From an uncultured Hormoscilla sp. (lineage in GTDB: Bacteria; Cyanobacteriota; Cyanobacteriia; Cyanobacteriales; Desertifilaceae), in contig OZ001293.3 in the NCBI GenBank assembly GCA_963921275.4, positions 5,824,001-5,888,000 of the forward strand: a DNA stretch of 64,000 nucleotides, in the 5' to 3' direction. The notes below the pieces were generated by a model. That model was given only the letters and a program-made list of their open reading frames with translations, searched no databases and had not been told where the DNA came from. Both the position numbers and the translations under genes were made by a program. Shown one piece after another: positions 57,960 through 64,000 of the stretch (its first letter is position 1; every line of letters starts with the position of its first letter).

Positions 57960-58244
57960 CTTCTGTTAGTTGTTAGTGGGCAGTAGTTAGAGGACAGTAG
58001 TTAGTGGTCAGTTGTCAATGCAAGAATTTTGAATTTTGAATTTTGAATTGTCAGGAGGCCCTACCTATTATCGTACCACAGATATTTATTTTGTCAATTA
58101 TTTAGCTCGCCAGTCACCGACAAAAGTTGCGCCGGAAGCAGGAAGATAAAGTTTTGTAAAGTTTATGAGCAGCTTTGGGGCGATCGCTCAGTATAATGAG
58201 AAATTGGATTTTGGTTCGATCTGTGGGTTAATCAGGAAGGAACA

Positions 58245-58376
58245 ATGGACTTGATCGCAAATATATTCAGCAACATTAATTTTGAATTAATCGCCCAACT
58301 GACCATGTTAGCGCTGGTGGTCGTCTCGGGACCGGTAGTCATCGTTCTCCTGGCGGCACGAGAGGGTGACATGTAG
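58245..58376 (+). CDS. psb30: Photosystem II protein Psb30 (Ycf12), 43 aa, not in the ORF track
   Basis: [42 protein letters not shown]. Confidence 0.9.
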   Translation: MDLIANIFSNINFELIAQLTMLALVVVSGPVVIVLLAAREGDM

Positions 58377-58625
58377 TCGGGAGTATGTCAGTTGTCAGTT
58401 GTCAGTTGTCAGCACTGTCCCCGTCCAGAGCTAATTCTGTCGAGGAGCAAAAATACTTATTTACAAAGTTGACATGCTCCCGATGTAGTCGCTGTGTCCC
58501 TTGACACGCATGAGAAGATAGTATCTCATGCGTGTTAAGGGACACAGGTTGATGGTTGATGGTTGATGGTCCGCCTGCCCCAACTGTAGGGTGGGCACTG
58601 CCGGACACCCCCGTTCAGGGTTTAT

Positions 58626-60998
58626 GTGCGATTCGTTTAGTGTAAACCACCGGCGATCCTGCTGGCGGGACCACTAGCAGGGTTTCATTAGCCCTGACAA
58701 CTTACAGATGATGGTGGTGAAAGTCCACCCCTCCAGGTGCAGGAGTGACAGCACTTCCCCTACGGTAGAGATGGCATCAATCCGTAAAGCGGGGATGAAA
58801 GGCGCTCTAACTGGCAGCCTACACCGGTTATCGCCGAGCAAGTAGCCATGATGAGCATAAAGCGAAGGTTTGCAGCGTCGTGACGAACAACCAGTGAAAT
58901 AAGGCTGACACACTGGCCCAAAAGGGAAAGGATAATGGTCACTGGCGGATATATTCCTGACCAGTAAGCACTGACAATAAACCCGGCGTAAGGAACCCAT
59001 CTAAAGTTACAAATAATCATCGGTAGGAACGAAGTAAACCAGGTATACACTCTCTACCACCGGTCGATAGGTAAAGTAGCCACCAAAGGCGTAACCTCTG
59101 TTTTCATCAGACAGGTCATACCTGGGAAAGATTTCGTGGAGAAGCAAACGCCTGCCCGTAATGAGCAGGATACGCTGACGCCCTCACGGTAATGTCAAAT
59201 GTCAAGCGGTGAGTAGCAAATGATACGTCATAGGCACGGCACTGAGCCGATGAATGAATGGAAGGATATCCCCTGGCGAAAGCTAGAGCGGGTAGTCTTT
59301 AAGCTGCAAAAGCGGATTTACAGAGCGGCACAACGTGGCGATAAGCGAATGGTTCGCAGACTCCAGAGGTTATTGGCAAGCTCCCAGGCCGCAAAAAAGC
59401 TAGCGGTACGTCAGGTAACACAAGATAACCAGGGAAAGAAGACCGCCGGTGTGGACGGTGTGAAAGCACTGACCCCAAAGCAACGATTGGAACTGGTAGG
59501 ACAAATAGGAATCTTGGGAAGGGCAAAACCCGCACGACGGGTATGGATACCTAAACCAGGAAGAACAGAAAAACGTCCATTGGGAATACCAACGATACAT
59601 GACCGCGCGACACAAGGGCTGCTGAAGATAGTACTAGAGCCCGAATGGGAAGCATACTTTGAGTGCAACTCATACGGATTCAGGCCAGGGAGAGGATGCC
59701 ACGACGCGATCGAAGCAATAATCACCAGCATCAACCAAAAACCCAAATGGGTATTAGATGCGGACATTGCGAAATGCTTCGATAGAATCAACCACAGAGC
59801 GCTAATGGAAAAACTGAATACAACATCACCAATCCGTAAACAAATACGGGCATGGCTAAAAGCCGGAGTGATAGACAAAGGATACTGGCACCCCACTGAT
59901 GAGGGCACCCCCCAAGGTGGAGTGATATCGCCATTACTGGCCAACATAGCCTTACACGGGCTTGAGGAAAGGATAATGGAAATGGCAAAAACACAAAGAG
60001 AAAAGCAAAGGTTGACAGTAGTCAGATATGCAGATGACTTTGTGGTAATGCACAACGACAAGGAAAAGGTGGAAGAAGCGCAAAAGGTTGTAGCGGAGTG
60101 GTTAAAGGGGGTTGGACTAGAGCTAAAACCAGAAAAAACCCGAATAAGTCATACGCTATACGGAGAAAAACTGGGGTTCGATTTCCTGGGAATCAACGTA
60201 AGACAATATGAGGTAAGTAAAAACAGAAGCGGGAAAAATCCACACGGTAAAGCCCTAGGTTTCAAAACCTTGACAAGGCCAAGTGACAAGTCCATAAAGA
60301 AGCATAAAGAAAGGCTGTCGGAAGTGATAGCCAGCCATAAAGCGGCACCCCAAGAAGCGCTAATAGGAAAGCTCAACCCAATAATACGGGGATGGGCGAA
60401 TTACTTCAGAACGGGGGCAAGCAAGGAGACCTACTCCGAAATGGACAACTACTTATGGAACACCCTATGGCAGTGGGCAAAAAGAAGACACCCGAACAAA
60501 TCCGGGAACTGGATAGCCAAAAAGTACTGGTTGAACAACCAAGCGAAAGAATGGCGATTCGGGAACGGAGAAATCAAACTAATGAAACACACAAGTGTGA
60601 AAATAGTAAGACATGTAAAGGTGAAAGGAAAAGCGAGCCCATACGACGGGAACCTCACATACTGGAGTACCAGACTAGGCAGAAACCCAGAAATACCTAA
60701 CAGAGTGGCAAAGTTGCTCAAAAGGCAAAAGGGAAAATGCCAGCAATGCGGGCTTACATTTAAGGACGGAGACAAGTGGGAAGTTGACCATGTCAAACCT
60801 CTAACACTAGGAGGCAAAGACCAATACGACAACCTACAACTACTACACAAACATTGCCACAACCGAAAAACTGCCAACGATGGCAGTAATAGCCGTACCC
60901 ATGACAAGGGTGGCGTTACTGAGGAGCCGGATGAGATGAAAGTCTCACGTCCGGTTCTGAAGACGAGTCGGAGGGGTGACTCTCTGGCTTAGTTTAAT
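58626..60998 (+). mobile_element. Full-length group II intron (2373 nt, probably chloroplast-like IIB), intergenic
   Basis: GTGCG start, IEP ORF in domain IV, domains V and VI, AAT end. Confidence 0.95.
59220..60992 (+). CDS. ltrA: Group II intron reverse transcriptase/maturase with HNH endonuclease
   Basis: TAGVDG, RPLGIP, PQGG, YADD, IRGWANYF, CQQC...EVDH...NLQLLH..CH..K. Confidence 0.96.
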   Translation: MIRHRHGTEPMNEWKDIPWRKLERVVFKLQKRIYRAAQRGDKRMVRRLQRLLASSQAAKKLAVRQVTQDNQGKKTAGVDGVKALTPKQRLELVGQIGILGRAKPARRVWIPKPGRTEKRPLGIPTIHDRATQGLLKIVLEPEWEAYFECNSYGFRPGRGCHDAIEAIITSINQKPKWVLDADIAKCFDRINHRALMEKLNTTSPIRKQIRAWLKAGVIDKGYWHPTDEGTPQGGVISPLLANIALHGLEERIMEMAKTQREKQRLTVVRYADDFVVMHNDKEKVEEAQKVVAEWLKGVGLELKPEKTRISHTLYGEKLGFDFLGINVRQYEVSKNRSGKNPHGKALGFKTLTRPSDKSIKKHKERLSEVIASHKAAPQEALIGKLNPIIRGWANYFRTGASKETYSEMDNYLWNTLWQWAKRRHPNKSGNWIAKKYWLNNQAKEWRFGNGEIKLMKHTSVKIVRHVKVKGKASPYDGNLTYWSTRLGRNPEIPNRVAKLLKRQKGKCQQCGLTFKDGDKWEVDHVKPLTLGGKDQYDNLQLLHKHCHNRKTANDGSNSRTHDKGGVTEEPDEMKVSRPVLKTSRRGDSLA

Positions 60999-61027
60999 TA
61001 CCATACAATTGTCAATTAGCCATCAAC

Positions 61028-61869
61028 GGTAGTGATAAACATGTAGTGATGGCACAACTAACCCGACAAGCATTTGTTGTAATCATGCACAAAATACCAA
61101 ATCGCGTGATTTTCTTCTTAGAGAATGATAATGTTTTCCGAACCAAGCGACTAATTCTTTGCCTCGTTGTTTAATCTTTCAATATGATTAGTTTTTCCAG
61201 TTTCTTTGCCTACCGCAATAGTAACGCTTTTTCTGTATTGTTATATGCTTCCCAAAAAGTAAAAAACTGCGTCGATAAACAGGGTAAATATTTCCACAAT
61301 TTTTTTGCTGATTCACGACTGCGATCGCCCAACTCCTACAATTTCTCTTGTTTTTGTATCAAGTGCCAACCAAATGTTTGTTTTCTTTATTCCTAAGACT
61401 ACATTTCATCACATGTCAATTTTCCTTTGGGCTTGTCTGAAACCTTTATCTCACGGCAGATTTTTTATTAACGCCAGGTTTGTGAAACCTTTACTCGACG
61501 CCTATTCTTTCAAGTAATAGCTCATCTATATTCTTTTTCTTTTCGGACGATACCTGCTGTCGGGTTTTCAATTTATTGCCGATTTTTTACATATTTTTGC
61601 TTTTTATTATGAGTACTACCATTTTTTACTGTTCGCTCACAATTACAATAAGGGCAATTGGGTCGCGACCCCAAAGATGATGATGTGTTCATAAGTCTAT
61701 ACTCGCTTTTGACTAATAACATAAGAGCATTTTTCTGATGAGCTATACATGAGAATATTTTATCATTGCTATCAATTTGGCTAAGATAAAGAGCTGTTAT
61801 ATCATTCCTAAGAAAAGTAAGGATTAGTAGAGGGATGGAATGTTCTATCACTACATATTTATCACTACC
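61028..61869 (-). mobile_element. IS1-family element with degenerate transposase
   Basis: TIR GGTAGTGATAAA(C/T)ATGTAGTGAT; 9-bp TSD GCCATCAAC; CPYC..KNG InsA motif. Confidence 0.88.
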
Positions 61870-61880
61870 GCCATCAACAA

Positions 61881-63448
61881 TTAGCTGTCACCGGGTAGTC
61901 GGACGCCGATTAATTCGAGTTCGACGCTGCAGTTGCCATTATAATTATTTTCTCGCAGTTTGTAGGCAATGTCAACTTGGGCTGGTAAGGGAAAGTATTC
62001 TCCCCATCGCCAGGCGATCGCCTCTCGGATCTTAGTTCCCAATCCTGTCTCCTGCCCTAAGGTTAACTTCAGATGACTTTTGCTGACAATTTTTTGTTTA
62101 AAGACCCGGACGTTGGAGGTCCAAAATATCGGGGCCGAGTTTTCTATGCCGCAAGGATGCAGGGCATCTATTTGCTGATACAATTCTAGATTAATTTGAT
62201 GAAAGCTGGCTGGGCTGTCAATCTTGACCAAGGGTCTTAAATGTTCGGGTTGCAAGCAGCTGTAAGCAAATTCTCGCAGGCGAGTTTGAAAGGCTTCTAG
62301 ATGTTCGGCCCGCAGAGAAAAGCCCCCCGCTGCTTGGTGTCCGCCATATTTTCCCAATAAATTATCGCAGTATTGTAAAGCCTGAAAGACATGAAATTCC
62401 GGAATTCCTCTGGCAGAACCACGCAAGTGAGAGTCAGTTTCATAGGTGCCGAGAAAGACGGGGACGCCGTAACGTTCTACGAGGCGGGAGGCGACTATCC
62501 CAATTACTCCATGATGCCATTGGGGTTGGACAATGACTAAGACTCTCTCTTGTTGGCAGTTAATTTGGTTCTCGGCACACCAGGCGATCGCCTCCTGTTC
62601 AATTTGGGCGCACATTTCCTGACGCTTCTTGTTCAGTTGTTCGCATTGCCTTGCCCTTTCCCTTGCTATCCCTTTGTCAGTTGTGGTCAGCAGTTCGATC
62701 GCGATCTGGGGGTCCGCCAGACGCCCGACGGCATTGATCCTCGGCCCCAGGCGAAAGCCAATATCTTCGGGTCTTAGGGAGTGCTGCTGATTGACTCCAG
62801 AAACGCCGATTAAGGCTTGCACTCCCGTAAGCTGGGATTGGGATAGATGTTGCAATCCCCGTTTCAGCCAGCGGCGGTTGACTCCTGTTAAGGGCGCTAA
62901 GTCGGCAATGGTTCCGAGGGTGAATAGTTCCAGGGATGTTTTGTATAGTCCGTCCTCTTTTCCTAGCTGCTGGGCTAGTGTTACGGCTAAGATGTAGGCG
63001 ATACCCACTCCCGCTAGTCCCCGATAGGGCGATGCTGCTGATATTAACTTGGGGTTGAGTATGGCATTGGCAGGGGGTAGTTGGGGTGGGATGTCGTGAT
63101 GGTCGGTGATAATTACTTTTATACCAATCTCACGGGCTCTCTGGACGGGTTCGACGGCGCTAATGCCGTTGTCTACTGTTAAAATTAGCTTTACGCCTTG
63201 GGTGTGGAATTCTTCCACAATGCGGTTGTTGATGCCGTAGCCTTCCTTCATGCGGCTGGGTATGGCATAATCTACTCTTGCCCCTAGGTATCTTAAGGCC
63301 CGCAGCAGCAAGGCGGTGCTGGTCATGCCGTCCGCGTCGTAGTCCCCGCAAATGGCGATCGCCTCAGTAGAGGCGATCGCCTCTTGCAGCAGTTCTATAC
63401 TCAAAGCTAAATCTGGGAACTCCTCTAGAGGATGAGGCAACAGGAGTG
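61881..63448 (-). CDS. recJ: ssDNA exonuclease RecJ, 3' exon (5' exon outside the window)
   Basis: DYDADG, TVDNG, TDHH, GTIAD, PRINAVGR, GGH..AGG. Confidence 0.92.
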
Positions 63449-64000
63449 AGTCGGGGTCGAGCTGGAGATCGCTCTCCAACCCTCCCATTCGGAACCGGAC
63501 ATGCGACTTTCACCGCATCCGGCTACTGGGTAGTAGGCTGTTGTCATCAGTAGAATTACTATGGATTACTCCCGTTGTTCCTCATCTTACACAATTTCGC
63601 CCCTTTATCTTTCGATTCAGCCGACCTCTTAGACAGTTTTGGCCTCTTTCAAAGCCTTCACCCGGGATTGCGGCATTTTTAGGGCTACTTTCAATCTAAG
63701 ACTTCCTACTATCACCGACCCACGTCAGCATATCCGTAAGAGTTACCCCAGGCATTAGCTTCTTGGGCCATCTTTCCCCTCGTGGCTTGCGCTTTACATC
63801 TAACTTGTCCAAATGAGGACAGCTCACGGGAGGTTACTTCGTTCCCTGATATCATTTCACGATACCTTTAGGCTCCTACTCTACCCCGGTAGCTTTTCGA
63901 GTACGATGTTAGTCACAGATTAAAACTAACACTAGCTACATTCCCTTTTGGGCCAGCGTAATAGCCTTATTCCGCTGGTTTTAGTTTACGAGGCTTACAT
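63449..64000 (-). mobile_element. ORF-less group II intron in recJ (3' part; 5' end outside the window)
   Basis: Minus-strand domains V and VI ending CCCGACT; colinear with 18616-19450; short domain IV. Confidence 0.9.

Noticed and set aside
59220..60992. RT as a DGR, retron or defence RT
   Set aside because: It has the RT-X-HNH layout and lies inside a complete GTGCG...domain V/VI intron
63449..63488. ATG at 63488 as the recJ start
   Set aside because: It lies within intron domains V and VI

Overview
Chromosomal window of a cyanobacterium, probably a filamentous Oscillatoriales-type organism (inference). Evidence: very frequent HIP1 GCGATCGC, plus nblS/hik33, rpaA, hli, cpcT and psb30. Housekeeping genes (purD, pbpC, rnhB, sbcD, cobM, lgt, rlmN, recJ) alternate with toxin-antitoxin arrays, an orphan duplicated hsdS, IS982/IS5/IS1/ISKra4-like remnants, MITEs, GTAG-type REP hairpins and about 20 broken genes. 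The most striking structure is four group II introns in 64 kb, of which only one (58626-60998) encodes an RT/maturase/HNH protein. Two ORF-less sister introns interrupt the alpha-2-macroglobulin gene and recJ in the sense orientation, so these genes need splicing. A third ORF-less intron, sister to the RT intron, sits antisense in a ykgJ gene. Other leads: a SRAP gene whose only stop codon is made by the loop orientation of an inserted REP hairpin; a Cys-rich insertion in the NblS PAS region; two Panacea antitoxins paired with the same uncharacterised partner family, one silenced by a 298-bp tandem duplication; tiny in-frame mobile inserts in genes; and a DGR-target-like FGE gene. All calls are by eye; no searches were run.
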